Origin: Malacoraja senta
Taxonomy: Eukaryota
Direction: 5' to 3'
Assembly: GCA_038087875.1 (NCBI GenBank)
Contig: CM075995.1
Coordinates: 10,666,001 to 10,730,000 of the forward strand
DNA: 64,000 nt
Shown here: one piece after another, positions 1 through 13,767 of the stretch
Layout of the letters: the number at the start of each line of letters is the position of its first letter
Numbering within the stretch: position 1 is the first letter of the stretch
Notes under the pieces: generated by a model
Database searches by the model: none
What the model was told of the DNA's origin: nothing
Seen by the model: only the letters and a program-made list of their open reading frames with translations
Translations under genes and position numbers: made by a program

Positions 1-955
1 GATGAAAATAGACAATAGACAATAAACAATTCGTGCATAAGTAGGCCATTCGTCCCTTCGAGCCAGCACCGCCATTCAATGTGATCATGGCTGATCATCC
101 CCAATCTGTACCCCATTCCTGCCTTCTCCCCATATCCCCTGATTCCGCTATCTTTAACTGCCCTATCTTGCTCTCTCCTGAAAGTATCCAGAGAACCGGC
201 CTCCATCACCCTCTGAGGCAGAGAATTCCACAGACTCACAACTCTCTGAGTGCAAAAATGTTTCCTCATCTCTGTTCTAAATGGCTTACACCTTATTCTT
301 AAACATTGGCCCCTGGTTCTGGACTCCTCCAACATCCTGCCTCCAGCATGTCCAAACCTTAAATCCTTCTGGACTCCAGAGTATACAAGCCCAGCCTCTC
401 CATTCTATCAGCATTTGACCGTCCTGCCATCCCGGGAATTAACCTTGTAAACCTATGCTGCACTCCCTCAATAGCAAGAATGTCCTTCCTCAAATTAGGG
501 GACCAAAACTGCACACAATACTCCAGGTGTAGTCTCACAAGGGTCCTGTATAACTGCAGAAGGACCTCTTTGCTCCTATACTCAACTCCTCTTGTTATGA
601 AGGCCAACATGCCATTCTCTTTCTGCACTGCCTGCTGTACCTGCATGCTTACTTTCATTGACTGATGAACAAGGACCCCCAGATCCCGTTGTACTTCCCC
701 TTTTCCCAACTTGACACTATTTAGGTAATAATCTGCCTTCCTGTTTTTGCTACCAAAGTGGATAACCTCACATTTGTCCACATTAAAATGCATCTGCCAT
801 GCATCCACCCACCCACCCAACCTGTCCAAGTCACCCTGCATCCTCATAGCAACCTCCTCACAATTCACACTGCCACCCAGCTTTGTGTCATCTGCAAATT
901 TGCTAATGTTACTTTGAATCCCTTCATCTAAATCATTGATTGTATATTGTAAATA

Positions 956-1359
956 TCAGATTTATATCAGATGTATATTGTATCCAGACAGAGTTGGCGT
1001 GGATAAGCTTTTCCCATTGAGAGTAGGGAAGATTCAAACAAGGGGACATGACTTGAGAATTAAGGGACAGAAGTTTAGGGGTAACATTAGGGGGAACTTC
1101 TTTACTCAGAGAGTGGTAGCTGTGTGGAATGAGCTTCCAGTGGAAGTGGTGGAGGCAGGTTCAATTGTATCCTTTAAAAATAGATTGGATAGGTATATGG
1201 ACGGGAAAGGAATGGAGGGTTGTGTTCTGAGTGCAGGTAGATGGGACTAGGGGGAAGAAAGAAGAAAGAAGGAAAAAATAATTTAAAAGTGTTCGGCACG
1301 GACTTGAAGGGCCGAGATGGCCTGTTTCCGTGCTGTAATGGTTATATGGTTATATGGTT
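956..1359 (+). mobile_element. 5'-truncated CR1 of a second family
   Basis: C-terminal TRGH...FFTQRVV..WNELP motif, (GGTTATAT)n tail, and a short aaata duplication at the flanks. A related copy lies at ~58186-58540 (-). Confidence 0.8.
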
Positions 1360-1643
1360 AAATAGCTGTGGTCCCAGCACCGAGCCTTGCGATACCCCAC
1401 AAGTCACTGTCTGTCATTCTGAAAGGGACCCGTTAATCCCTCCTCTTTGTTTCCTGTCTGCCAACCAATTTTCTATCCATGTCGGCACTCTACACCCAAT
1501 AACACGTGCCCTAATTTTGACCACTAATCTCCTATGTGGGACCTTTTCAAATGCTTTCTGAAAGTCCAGGTACACTACATCCATTGGCTCTGCCTTGTCC
1601 ATTTTCCTAGTTACATCCTCAAATAATTCAAGAAGATTAGTCA

Positions 1644-4600
1644 GAGACTTCCGGTGGCGCTATGGAGGCTTGAGTCCAGCGCCAACTAGCTCCGTGCCGA
1701 AGAAAACTGAAACGGGAGAAAAATCGGGTCTTACCTGCAGCGATCGCGATCTGAAAGGCTGCCTGCCGCGTGACGTTATCAGGAGTGCGACTTGGACGGT
1801 ATGTCGACACAACGTTCTCCCCCTCCCCTTGGTATAGATTTAGCGAAGAAAATAATATAACATGTAGAGAACAATAACGTTGTGAATTTTTGCTGTTCTT
1901 GAGTTTGTCTGCAGGGATACGTGCTTGTAAATGTACGCACATGGGTATATATACATATTTATATGTATGTATGGTGTGTGTGTGTAGGTATGGGTATGTA
2001 TATAAGTTTGTTACTCCCAAAGAAGTTATTTGAATGTTAGAAATAATCTTTTTTTTTTTCTTCGGGCACGGAGCTGGGAATTTTTTTTTTTACAAAGGCT
2101 ACGGAAGTCTTTAGAATTCTAGCCACGTTAGTGTGGCTATCACTAACTACACTAATTGTAGATGTAGTTCTTTTTCTTTCACCCTTTACTAATCAACTCT
2201 ATCACTTCTTTCACTTTAAATATTTTTATAACTCAACGTTTGAATGGAAAAACAAGTCTAATACAGGAGATGTGTTCGGAAGAGCGATGTATATGATTTT
2301 ATATTCATCTATCTGAAGCTCGGTAGCAGGATCAGGTTCTACGTGTTGTACTCTCTGCTCGGCTATAGACCACCTTAGAAACAATATGCAAGATGTTAAT
2401 ATGACAAGAGGGGGTCAGGGAATAACATTTTGTAGCTGGAATGTCAAGGGAATCAATGAACCAATTAAGAGAGGTAAAGTTTTGGCACATCTAAACCTAA
2501 TCAAAACAGATATAATATTCCTCCAAGAAACGCACCTTAAAAAGGAATCCCAACATAGACTTAAAGCAAAGTGGATCGCTGAATCATATCATTCCTCTTT
2601 TTCCCATAAATCCAGAGGAGTTGCAATATTAATTCGTAAAGGAATACATTTTACGAACTCTTCAACAATAGTGGATATAGATGGTAGATATATTATATTA
2701 GTAGGAGAGTTAAATGGAGAAAAAGTGATTCTTCTTAATGTATATGGGCCTAACTTTGATAACCCCATGTTTTTTAATAAAACATTTAACAAAATTCCTG
2801 AATTTACACAATATAAATTAATAATTGGAGGAGACTTTAACTGTACATTAGATTCATACTTAGATAGATCTTCAAGGCAAAAAAAAGTAAAATCTCAATC
2901 AAGTGTATTTTTAAATTCATTTATTAATACCACTAATATTAAAGATGTCTGGAGAATAGAAAACCCAACTGGACGGGAATACTCATTTTACTCACCAGTA
3001 CATAAAACATACTCAAGAATAGATTATTTTTTGGTTGACTCTAGGTTTATCCCATTTATTTATAATTCAAAATACCATAACATTATAATCTCAGATCACG
3101 CACCTGTAACATTCATGATTAAATTAAATGGAATGTCCGAGAAACAAACATATTGGAGATTTAACCCACAAATTTTGAACGAAAGATCATGCCAGGAATA
3201 TATTATTAAACAGATTCAAATATTTTTTGAGGTAAATGACAACCCTGACACACCTACTTCTCTTATGTGGGAAACGTTTAAAGCGTTTGTTCGTGGTACA
3301 TTAATTTCCGCTCAAGCATTTTATAATAAAGAGAACAGGATTAAACAACAAACATTGGAAAGGGAAATCAAGCAACTAGATATAGAAAATGCGAGAACGC
3401 CATCTATTTTAAAACATAATAAAATTGCTGTATTGAAATATAAATTAAATAAAATGTATTCAGAACAAGTAATAAAACTTTATCAAAAAAACAAACAATT
3501 ACATTTTGAATTTGGAGACAAACCACAAAAACTATTAGCACGTCAGTTACGAAAAATGGAAGGGGAAAAAATAATTCATAAAATTAGAACAGAGACAGGA
3601 GAATTATTAAAAATGCCCAAGGACATAAATGATAGATTTCTCCAATACTATCATAACCTTTATTCAACTAAAACCGTAGGACAATCAGAAGGAATAGCAG
3701 ATTTTTTACTAAAATGTAATTTAAAAGGTTTAGATTCAAACGATAGAGAATTATTAGAAAGGGAGATTACCATAAAAGATATTGAGGAGTCAATCGGCTC
3801 TTTAAAAAATGGGAAAGCAGTAGGACCAGATGGTTTAGGCTCCGAATTTTATAAAAAATTTCATGACTTGCTTTGTCCACGTTTACAAAGGTTGTATGAG
3901 TATATCTATACTCAACAGAAACTTCCAGACACCTTAAATGAATCTATAATAACACTTATTCCTAAAGCTGATAAAGATCTGGAAGACCCGGGATCATATA
4001 GAGCAATCGCACTTTTAAATACAGATCAGAAAATATTAACTAAAATACTAGCGAATAGATTAAGTACAATGATGAATAAATTAATACACCCTGATCAAAC
4101 AGGCTTTATTCAGAAACGGTACTCATATTATAACCTAAGAAGATTATTTAATATTATATATTCCAAGAGAAATATTAATGAAGATCTAGCAATAATCTCA
4201 CTTGACGCTGAAAAAGCATTTGATCAGGTCGAATGGTCTTATTTATTTTCGGTGATGGAAAATATGCAGTTAGGGGAGAAATTCTGTACATGGATAAAAC
4301 TGTTATATACAAATCCCACGGCTAGAATATTTACAAACCAAAGGTTGTCATCTAAATTTAGTCTATCTAGAGGTTGTAGACAAGGATGCCCGTTATCTCC
4401 ATTATTATTTGCGCTTGCTATTGAGCCACTTGCAGAAAGAGTCAGGGGGCATCCGGAAATACACGGATATAACACAAAGGACACAGTGAATAAGATTTCT
4501 CTATATGCAGATGATGTATTAATTTATATTACAAAACCAGAAATTAGTATTCCAAACTTATTAAAGCTAATAACCCAATTTGGTTCACTTTCAGGATACA

Positions 4601-6554
4601 GAATAAATTGGAATAAAAGTGAAATTATGCCAATAAGGGAACATAACAAACAGATAATACAACAATATCCATTTAAAATAGTAAAGGAAAAATTTAAATA
4701 TCTAGGTATTTATATAACTAAGAAATATACATCATTATTTAAAGCAAATTTTCCACCATTACTAAATAAACTACATAAGAATATTCAATACTGGAAAACA
4801 CTTCCTATCTCAATGGTAGGCAAAATTAATGCCATAAAAATTATTTTTTTACCGCAAATATTATACCTGTTTCAGACATTACCGATATATCTGGCAAAAA
4901 CCTTTTTTTAAAAACTGGACTCTATTGTTAATGATTTTATCTGGGATTATAAGAATCATAGGATAAACAAAAGACATTTGTGTAAATCAAAAATAAATGG
5001 AGGCTTGGTTTTACCCAACTTTTTGTTTTATTTCTGGGCAGTTAATATTAAAAATATGAATTTCTGGTTGGAAGAAATAGATCATCAACCAGACTGGTTA
5101 AAAATGGAAAAGGAAGATTGTTTACCTTTTGATATCGGTTCGATTTTATTTGCTACGTCTAAATTAAACAAAAAAATTTATAGGGAAAACCCTATAATAT
5201 TTAGTGCTATACGAATTTGGAAACAATTAAAAAAGACATTAAAATTAGATAATTTATCACTTTTTCTTCCAATTGTGAATAACCCTTTGTTTAAGCCTTC
5301 ATGGTTGGACGGGGGTTTTACACAATGGAAGAATTATGGAATTAAAAATATGGGACAACTTTACAAGGAAGGCACTTTTCTGACATTTCAGGAGTTGCAA
5401 CAGACTTACGGACTTCGAGGAAATGATTACTTCAGATATCTTCAACTTAGAGATTACGTAAAATCAAATACTCAAAATTTTAGAATTAGAAATTCAGAAA
5501 TTCTTGATGAATGTTGGAACAAACATCCTAATACAGAAAAATTAATATCTTATATATATAATATCTTATTAGACAGTGACATTCCATCGACGGACTTACA
5601 CAGACAAACATGGGAAAAAGAATTAAATCAAATAATAACGAAAGATACTTGGGAAGAAAGTTTGCAACACATACATCAATGTTCATTAAACGCCAGACAT
5701 TCTCTAATACAATTTAAAGTAATACATAGGTTACATTATTCCAAAACAAAACTACATACAATTTTTCAACATATCTCACCTATATGTGATAAATGTCAAC
5801 ATTTAGAAGCTACCTTATCTCATATGTTTGCAAACTGTATAAAAATTAAACAATTCTGGGTAAATATTTTCAGTATAATATCTAAAGTAACCAGCACACA
5901 ATTGGACCCAGACCCAAAATTAATAATACTTGGAATATTAGAATTAAATCAAACATTTAGAACAACACAAAGAAACTTTATTGATTATAGTTTAATAACA
6001 GGAAAAAAATTAATTCTAAAATTTTGGAAAGGCCCTACGACCCCCACAATCAAAATGTGGATTATAGAAATGACGGAGACCTTAAACGTGGAAAGAATCA
6101 GACTCTCCCTGTTGGACAAACAGGAATTATTCATTGGAACATGGTCTCCTTTTATTGATTACCTAAAGGGTCAGAACAGTTCAGCACAGGAACCTGACTA
6201 ACACCCGGGCTAAAGAATGGATGAAATGCTATATCTAGAAATGTACGAATATATCTCGAATGAAGTTTTCTATTTTAATAAATTTTTCCATTCTCCTTTA
6301 ACTATCTTTTCTCAATTTTTTTTTTGTTTTTTTTTTTTTGTTTTATTATTATTTTTTTTTTTTTCTCTTCTCTTTCTTTTCTTTCTTTACTTCATCTTTC
6401 TCTTTAGTTCTATTTAGTTTTAAAAAAAAGCAAAAAGTATTGGAGACATTGTAATAATATTTAACAATATTATCAATTTAAAAATGTAAGACTGTAAGAC
6501 TGTAATGATGTAACTAGGTTGTGTACGCATCTCCAATAAAAAAATATTAATTAT
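1644..6554 (+). mobile_element. L1-clade LINE, apparently 5'-complete but with no ORF1
   Basis: 14-bp TSD aagaagattagtca (1630-1643 and 6555-6568). Starts GAGACTTCCGG. Has a T-rich 3' UTR and an AATAAA/A-rich tail. Confidence 0.92.
2386..6201 (+). pseudogene. L1 ORF2 (APE endonuclease, RT, Cys-rich C-terminus) with a single in-frame stop at 4909-4911
   Basis: Motifs SWNVKG, LQETH, GGDFN, RIDY, SDH, LDAEKAFD, RQGCPLSP, YADD and CDKC..H...C. ORFs 2386-4911 and 4978-6201 share a frame, separated only by TAA in TTT TTT TAA AAA CTG. Confidence 0.92.
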
Positions 6555-8074
6555 AAGAAGATTAGTCAAGCATGATTTCCCCTTCGGAAATCCATGCTGT
6601 TCGGACCAATCATGTTACTGCTATCCAAATGTGCCGTTATTTCATCTTTTATGATTGACTCCAGCATCTTCCCCAACACCGATGTCAGGCTAACTGGTCT
6701 ATAATTCCCTGCTATCTCTCTCCTGCCTTTCTTAAAAAGTGGGATAACATTAGCTACCCTTAATCCACAGGGACTGATCCTGATTCTATAGAACATTGGA
6801 AAATTATCACCAATGCATCCACGATCTCTAGAGCCACTTCCTTAAGTACCCTGGGATGCAGACCATCAGGCCCTGGGGATTTATCAGCTTTCAGTCCCCT
6901 CAGTCTACCCAACACCATTTCCTGCCTAATGTGGATTTCCATCAGTTCCTCCATCACCCCAAATCCTCTGGCCACTAGTACATCAGGAAGATTGTTTGTG
7001 TCCTCCTTAGTGAAGACGGATCCAATGTCTGCAACAGTGGGACTATAGCCTAGTTTATGGAAGAACTGTTGATATGTCTAATAACTGAGAGGAAGAAGCT
7101 GGAGTTGCCCAATATCAATATACTTGTGCGAGGACAAAAGTTGGGCAAATGGACAGAGAAGAGAGACTAAACAGTAGGTCAACAGAATAGATCACCTTTT
7201 GGCATGCTGGCCTTCATCAGTTATGGTAAGCTGGGATGTTATAATACAATTGTATAAGACTTTGGTGTGGCGGCAGTTGGAATATTGTAGATAGGCACAA
7301 AATGCTGTAGTAACTCAGGGGATCAGGCAGAATCTCTTTAGAAAAGGAATCAAAACGTGGTCAAAATGTGGTCACCCTGTTGTCTAGGGTGAACAGAGCT
7401 GCACACAATACTCCAAATATGACCTAACCAAAGTTTTATAAATTGGAAATAGGTCTTGTTTCACAATTCCGGAAACAGTCCAACCCCTCTCAATCTCTCC
7501 TACAGTGGAAAACATTCTATGCCAAGTAACAACCCAGTCATTTTTTGCTGCTAAAAATGGCACGGTTTCACTTACTCTCTGTATAATCACAGTGCAACAT
7601 CTGGACTTAAATCCATGTGGCATAAAGGCCAAGGTCACGTTGGATTCACAGATGACATCCAGTGTGGCCTTGGGCCTCATGTCAACCAGTACCAGACATT
7701 TGGCACATGGGGAACAAGCAGGGAGATGGGGAGATGCCATGATCAGAATGGACATGATCTTGGGCCAAGTTTGGCCTGGCTGATAGGCGACTCCCTCAAC
7801 TGTTTCACAGTTTCTGTTTAACCAGCGGACATTACCATGGAACACTCCCCGCCCACTCTTCCCCAAATGTTATTTCTACTCTGACATTACTTGTGTCTCT
7901 GTAGTTTGTTGTTACAGCAAACAAGATACACCCAAGATACAGCGTTATTGATTTTAGTGGTGGGGATATTTACAATTGAATGCAATTACTTTCTTGGCTC
8001 CTCCACCCATTTGCTGATTCCTCCATCCACTTGCTGATTATGACCATCCTGGAATCAGTCCATACCAGTGCCTT

Positions 8075-8080
8075 TATAAA
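8075..8080 (+). promoter_or_regulatory. Putative TATA box of the F-type lectin gene
   Basis: TATAAA(G) about 80 nt upstream of a strong Kozak ATG (GCCATGG, ATG at 8160), in non-repetitive sequence. CCACCC box at ~8003. Confidence 0.55.
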
Positions 8081-8159
8081 GCATCAAGCTCGCAATGTGG
8101 ACATCTGCAGATGTCTGTGTGAGCTGAACGGGGCCTGTTGTTTTCCGAAGCTCGGAGCC

Positions 8160-8170
8160 ATGGCGAAGCA
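8160..8170 (+). CDS. F-type lectin gene exon 1, coding part (MAK + CA, phase 2)
   Basis: GCC ATG GCG AAG CA followed by a consensus donor GTGAGT at 8171. Phase 2 joins exon 2 in frame to give MAKQVILL... Confidence 0.7.
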
Positions 8171-8207
8171 GTGAGTGTTCATTCATCTCTGAGGAGGTTC
8201 TTTTTCA

Positions 8208-8850
8208 GAGTCGTAGAGTGATACTGTCCGAAAACAGGCCCTTTGACCCACCTTGCGCACATCGGCCAACATCTCCCAGCTACATTAGTCCCAACTGCCT
8301 GCGTTTGGTCCATATCCCTCCAAACTTTTCCTATCCATGTACCTGTCTAACAACTTCTTAAATGATGGGATAGTCCCAGCCTTAACTACCTCCTCTAGCA
8401 GCTTGCTCCATACACCCACGACCCTTTGTGTGAATGAGTTACTCCTCAGATTCTTATTAAATCTTTTCCCCTTCACCTTAAACCTATGCCCTCTACTCCT
8501 CGATTCCCCTAATCTGGGCAAGAGACTCTGTGCATCTACCCGATTTATTCGTATCATGATTTTATACACCTCTATAAGATCACCCCTCATCCTCCTGTGC
8601 TTCAAGAAATAGAGACCGAGCCTACTCAACCTCTCCTTATAGCTCAGACCCTCTATTCCTGGCAATATCCTCATAAATCTTCTCTGAATCCTTTCATACT
8701 TGACAATATCTTTCCTATAATATGCTGCCGAGAATTGAACACAAAACTCGAAATGCAGTCTCACCAATGTCTTATACAACTGCCACATGACCTCCCAACT
8801 TTTATACTCAATACTCTGACTGATGAAGGCCAATGTGTCAAAAGGCACTC
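8208..8850 (-). mobile_element. CR1 3' fragment
   Basis: LYKTLVRLHFEFCVQF...RGH...TQRVVGVW peptide in ORF 8285-8890. Confidence 0.85.
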
Positions 8851-8890
8851 CTAGATACCTGCTCTCCAACTCTCCCCAAAGGCCTACCAT

Positions 8891-9570
8891 TCACTGTGTA
8901 GGCTCTTCCCTTGTTAGTGATGCAGCATTCAAGAGCTCGGTGATTGTTGGGAAGAAACCATTCTTGAACCCGGAGGTTTTGGTTTTCAGGCTCCTGTATC
9001 TTCTACCCAATTGTAACAGTGAGACAGAGCGTGTCCGAGTGGTATGGGTATTTGTGATATTGGCTGCTGATTTATCCCAACGCCTCGTACAGATTACTCC
9101 AATGGTGGGCAGGTCAGAACCTGTGATGGGCTGGGTAGTGTCCACCACTCTCTGTAGTTTTATTTGTTCCTGGGCGTTCGAGTTGTTGATCCAGGCCAAC
9201 CAGTCAGTGTGCTCTCAATCGTACACATGTAGTTCAGTTTAGTTTATTGTCATGTGTATCGAGGTATAGAGAAATGTTTTTGTTGCGCTCTAACCAGTCA
9301 GTGGAAAGACAATACGTGATTACAATCGAGCCATTTACATGTATAGATGTATGATATATGATAAGGGAATAACGTTTAGTGCGACGTAAAACTAGTAAAG
9401 TCCGATCACTGATAGTCTGAGGGTCACCAATGAGGCCGATAGTAGTCCAGGACTGCCCTCTAGTTGTGGTAGGATGATTCAGTTGCCTGTAGAATTTTGA
9501 TAGAGTATTTGTCGACAGACCGAATCTCCTCAAACCTCTAAGGAAGTAGAGGCATTGGTGAGCCTCATGG
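8891..9570 (-). mobile_element. Rex1/Babar-like LINE 3' fragment(s)
   Basis: LQRVVDT.Q.ITG.DLPTI...GRRYRSLKTKT..FKNGFFP....LLN, the typical Rex1/Babar ORF C-terminus. Confidence 0.7.
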
Positions 9571-9734
9571 CATGTTTGAGTACAGAGTAAGGCTCCCTCC
9601 CCACTGTACCACTGGCTCTCCACCTAATCTTGGATAATCACAATGACCTTTCCCACAATATCAGGTCACGTTTTGTCAAAAGACCCAAGAGTCAAGAGTT
9701 TCATTGTCACGTGTTTATGGATAAGAGGATATAA

Positions 9735-12446
9735 GAGGATTGAAACTGGGAGTTAAATATTCAAGGCTACACATCCTATCGTAATGACTGACAGAAGGGC
9801 AGAGGGGGTGGGGTAGCACTGATGGTAAGGAATGAAATTTAGTCCTTAGCAAAGGGCATAATAGGATTAGGTGTAGAGTTCTTGTGGGTAGAGCTGAAAA
9901 ACTGCAAAGCTAAAAAGACTCTAATGGGATTATTTACAGGCCCCCAAACAGTAGCCAGGATTCGGGTACAAGTTGCATGAGGAAAAGAAATTGGCATGCA
10001 GGAAAGGTGGTCATGGGAGATTTCAATATGCAGGCAGACTGGGAGAATCAGACTGGCACTGGATTCCAAGAGAGAGAATTTGTCGAGTGCCTCCAAGATA
10101 GTTTCTTAGAGCAGCTTGTAGTGGAACTTACCAGGGATAAGGCAATTCTAGATTTAGCGTTGTGCAATAAACCAGATTTAACAAAGAGAACTTGAGGTAA
10201 AGGAACCACTCGGAGGTAGTGACCACAATATAAGATTTAACCTACAATTTGAAAGGGAAAAGGTGAAATCGGATGTGTCGGTATGACAGCTGGGCAAAGG
10301 GGACTACCGAGGCATGAAGGTGGAGCTGGCAAAGATTGACTGGAAAGGGGCTTCAGTCGGAATGGCGGTAGAGCGGCAGGAATTTCTGCGGATAAATCGA
10401 AAGGTGCAGGATGATTTCATTCCAAAGAAAGATTCCAGGGGGAGAGGAAGATGATGAATACTGACAAGGGAGGTCACGGACAATATAAAAGCAAAAGATA
10501 ATGCATGTAACATTGCAAAGATTAGTGGGAAGCCAGAGGATTGGCATGTTTTTAAAGAACAACAAAATATAACAAATAGGACAATACGGAGAGAAACGAT
10601 GAAGTACAAATGTAAGGTAGAAACATTTTTCACACAGAGAGTGGTGAATCTGTGGAATTCTCTGCCACAGAAGGTAGTTGAGGCCAGTTCATTGGCTATA
10701 TTTAAGAGGGAATTAGATGTGGCCCTTGTGACTAAAGGTATCAGGGGGTATGGAGAGAAGGCAGGTACAGGATACTGAGTTGGATGATCAGCCATGATCA
10801 TATTGAATGGCGGTGCAGGCTCGAAGGGCTGAATGGCCTACTCCTGCACCTATTTCCTATGTTTCTATGTTTCTATGTTAAACTCAGCGGGTATGGCAGC
10901 ATCTATGGAGTGAAGGAAGGCTCGACCTGAAACGTTACCTATTCCTTCGCTGCATAGATGTTGCCTCACCCGCTGAGTTTCTCCAACATTTTTATCTACC
11001 TTCGATTTTTCCAGCATCTGCAGTTCCTTCTTAAACAAGTACAAATGTAAGCTACCCAATAATATAAAAGAGGGTTACAAGAGTTTCTACAGATATATAA
11101 AGAATATAAAAGAGGCAAGAGTGGACGTTGTGCCGCTGAAGAATGATACCGGAGAAGTGAGAATGGGAAATCAAGAAATGGCAGAGGAGTTAAATACCCA
11201 GCAATGTTAGTGGCTATTACGAGATAAGGTGCTAGGAAATTTGAAAGGCCTGAGGGTGGTTAAATCACCTGGACTGGATGGATTGCACCCGGATGGACCC
11301 ACCACGTGGTTCTGAAGGAGGTGGCTGCATAGACTGTGAAGCAATTAGTTGTAATATTTCAAGAATCATTGGAATTAGGAGTGGTTCCTGAAGATTGGAA
11401 AATTGTGAATATCACCGCGCTGTACAAGAAGGGAGCAAAGAGCGGAAACTTTCGGCCGGTTAGCTTGACTTCGGTGGGTGATAAGATTTTAGTACAGTAT
11501 TGTGTACAGTTTTGGTCTCCTAATTTGAGGAAGGACATCCTTGTGATTGAGCCAGTAGGTTCACGAGATTGATCCCTGGGATGGCGGAAATGTCATATGA
11601 GAAAAGATCGAAAAGACTAGGCTTGTATTCACTGGAGTTTAGAAGGATGAGGGGATCTTATAGAAACATGTAAAATTATAAAAGGACTGGACAGGTGAGA
11701 TGCAGGAAAAATGTTCCCAATGTTGGGCGAGTCCAGAACCAGGGGCCACAGCCTTAGAATAAAGGGGAGGCCATTTAAGACTGCAGTGAGAAAAAACTTT
11801 TTCACCCAGAGAGTTGTGAATTTGTGGAATTCTCTGCCACAGAGGGCAGTGGAGGCCAAATCACTGGATGGATTTAAGGGAGAGTTAGATAGAGCTCTAG
11901 GGGCTAGTGGAGTCAAGGGATATGGGGAAAAGGCAGGCACGGGTTATTGATTGGGGACGATCAGCCATGATCACAATGAATGGCGGCGCTGGATCGAAGG
12001 GCCGAATGGTCCCCTCCTGTACCTATTTTCTATGTTTCTATGTTTCTAGAGGCAATTTTAGAAAGGATACGGTTACACTGTGCTTAGAAGATCACGATAG
12101 AGTAGGCCGAAGTCAGCATGGTTTTGTGAAGGGAAGATCTTGCCTGGCGAATCGGCTGGTGTTCTTTGAGGAAGTCAATAGCAGGACAAACAGAGTTGTA
12201 GATGTTGTTTACCTAGATTTTGAGAAGGCCTTCGATAAGGCGTCGCACGTCAGGCTGCTAGGGAAGATGTGAGCCCATGGTATTAAAAGGAAGACACTAG
12301 CATGGATAGTGGGTTGGCTGGATGGCAGAAGGCAAAGAATTGCAATAAAAGGCGCTTTTTCAGGTTGGCTGCCAGTGACTAGTGGAGTTCCGCAAGTGTC
12401 GGTGCTGGGGCTGCTTCTCTTCACGTTGTATATTAATGATTTGAAT
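9735..12446 (+). mobile_element. Cluster of degenerate and nested CR1 fragments
   Basis: Endonuclease (MGDFN) and RT (QHGF, YLDFEKAFDK, VPQ) remnants. CR1 3' ends with TTTCTATG tails at ~10875 and ~12045. Confidence 0.8.
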
Positions 12447-13767
12447 ATTGTACCTTTTTCAATCTATTCCGATATATCTTCCAAATTTTTGTTTTTATAG
12501 GTGGAATCCATCATTACTAACTTTAATTGGGATTATAAGAATCACAGAATAAGCAAAAAACATTTATGTAAATCAAAGATAAATGGAGGTTTAGCTTTAC
12601 CGAATTTTGTGAATTATTTCTGGGCAGTTAACATTAAAAATATGAACTTTTGGTTGGAAGAAATGGACCAGCAACCAGACTGGTTAAATATGGAAAAGGA
12701 AGACTGTTTACCTTTTGAAATTGGCTCGATTCTGTTTGCTCCTACAAAATTGAACAACAAAACCTATAGTGAAAACCCTAAAATACAGTGGTATACGAAT
12801 TTGGAAGCAATTAAAAAAGACTTTAAAATTGGATAATTTATCACTCTCTCTCCCCATTGTAAACAACCCTACATTTAAACCCTCAATGTTGGACAAAGGA
12901 TTTTCACAATGGAAAAATCAAGGCATTAAGAAGATGGGTCATCTCTATAGGAAAGGTACCTTTCTTTCATTTCACAACAAACTTATGGACTCCACTCAAA
13001 TGACTATTTCAGATATCTACAACTTAGAGATTATGTTAAATCAAATACACAAGACTACAGAACTGGAGACTCAGAAATTCTTGATGAATGTTTGAATAAA
13101 CATCCTAATACAGATAAATTAATATCTTATATCTATAATATCCTACTAGATAGTGAGGTACCACCGACGGAATTATATAGGCAAACCTGGGAAAATGAAC
13201 GGCCAACCAATAATGAAAGATATTTGGGATGAAAGTTTACAACATATACATCAATGCTCGTTAAATGCCAGACACTCTTTAATACAGTTTAAAGTATTAC
13301 ATAGATTACATTACTCAAAAATGAAATTAAATAGAATCTTCTCACATATATCACCTATTTGTATAAAATGTCAGCATTTAGAGGCTAATTTAACTCACAC
13401 ATTTGTAAATTGTATAAAAATTAAAACATTTTGGACGGAAATTTTTAAAATAATCTCGGAAGTTGTCAACACCCAATTGGATCCCGACTCAAAACTAATA
13501 ATATTAGGAATATCAGAACAAAGCCTAACAGTTACTGCAAGCCAAATAAACTTTCTCGACTATAGTATAATAACTGGGAAAAAATTAATATTAAAATTTT
13601 GGAAAGGCCCTATAACCCCCACAATTAAAATGTGGATTATGGAAATGTCGGAGACCTTACATTTGGAAAGAATTAGACATGTCTTAATGGACAAACAAGA
13701 ACTTTTTTCAGAATATGGTCTCCATTTATCGACTATTTGAAGGGGTAGCATGATTCCTTCAAATAGA

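Larger units (their letters stand above)
9..7025 (-). mobile_element. Degenerate CR1 LINE (3' half of ORF2), split by younger insertions
   Basis: Minus-strand CR1 RT peptides (359-868, 1414-1602, 6566-6975) and a (TATTGTC)n tail at 9-30. The sequence is continuous across the insertions at 956-1359 and 1644-6554. Confidence 0.9.

Noticed and set aside
4900..4915. Programmed frameshift at TTTTTTTAAAAA in L1 ORF2
   Set aside because: The frames before and after are the same; it is an in-frame TAA, probably AAA>TAA or a homopolymer-boundary error.
7384..7866. 160-aa minus-strand ORF upstream of exon 1
   Set aside because: No recognisable domain, it starts at a non-ATG codon, and its C-terminus runs into a CR1 remnant.
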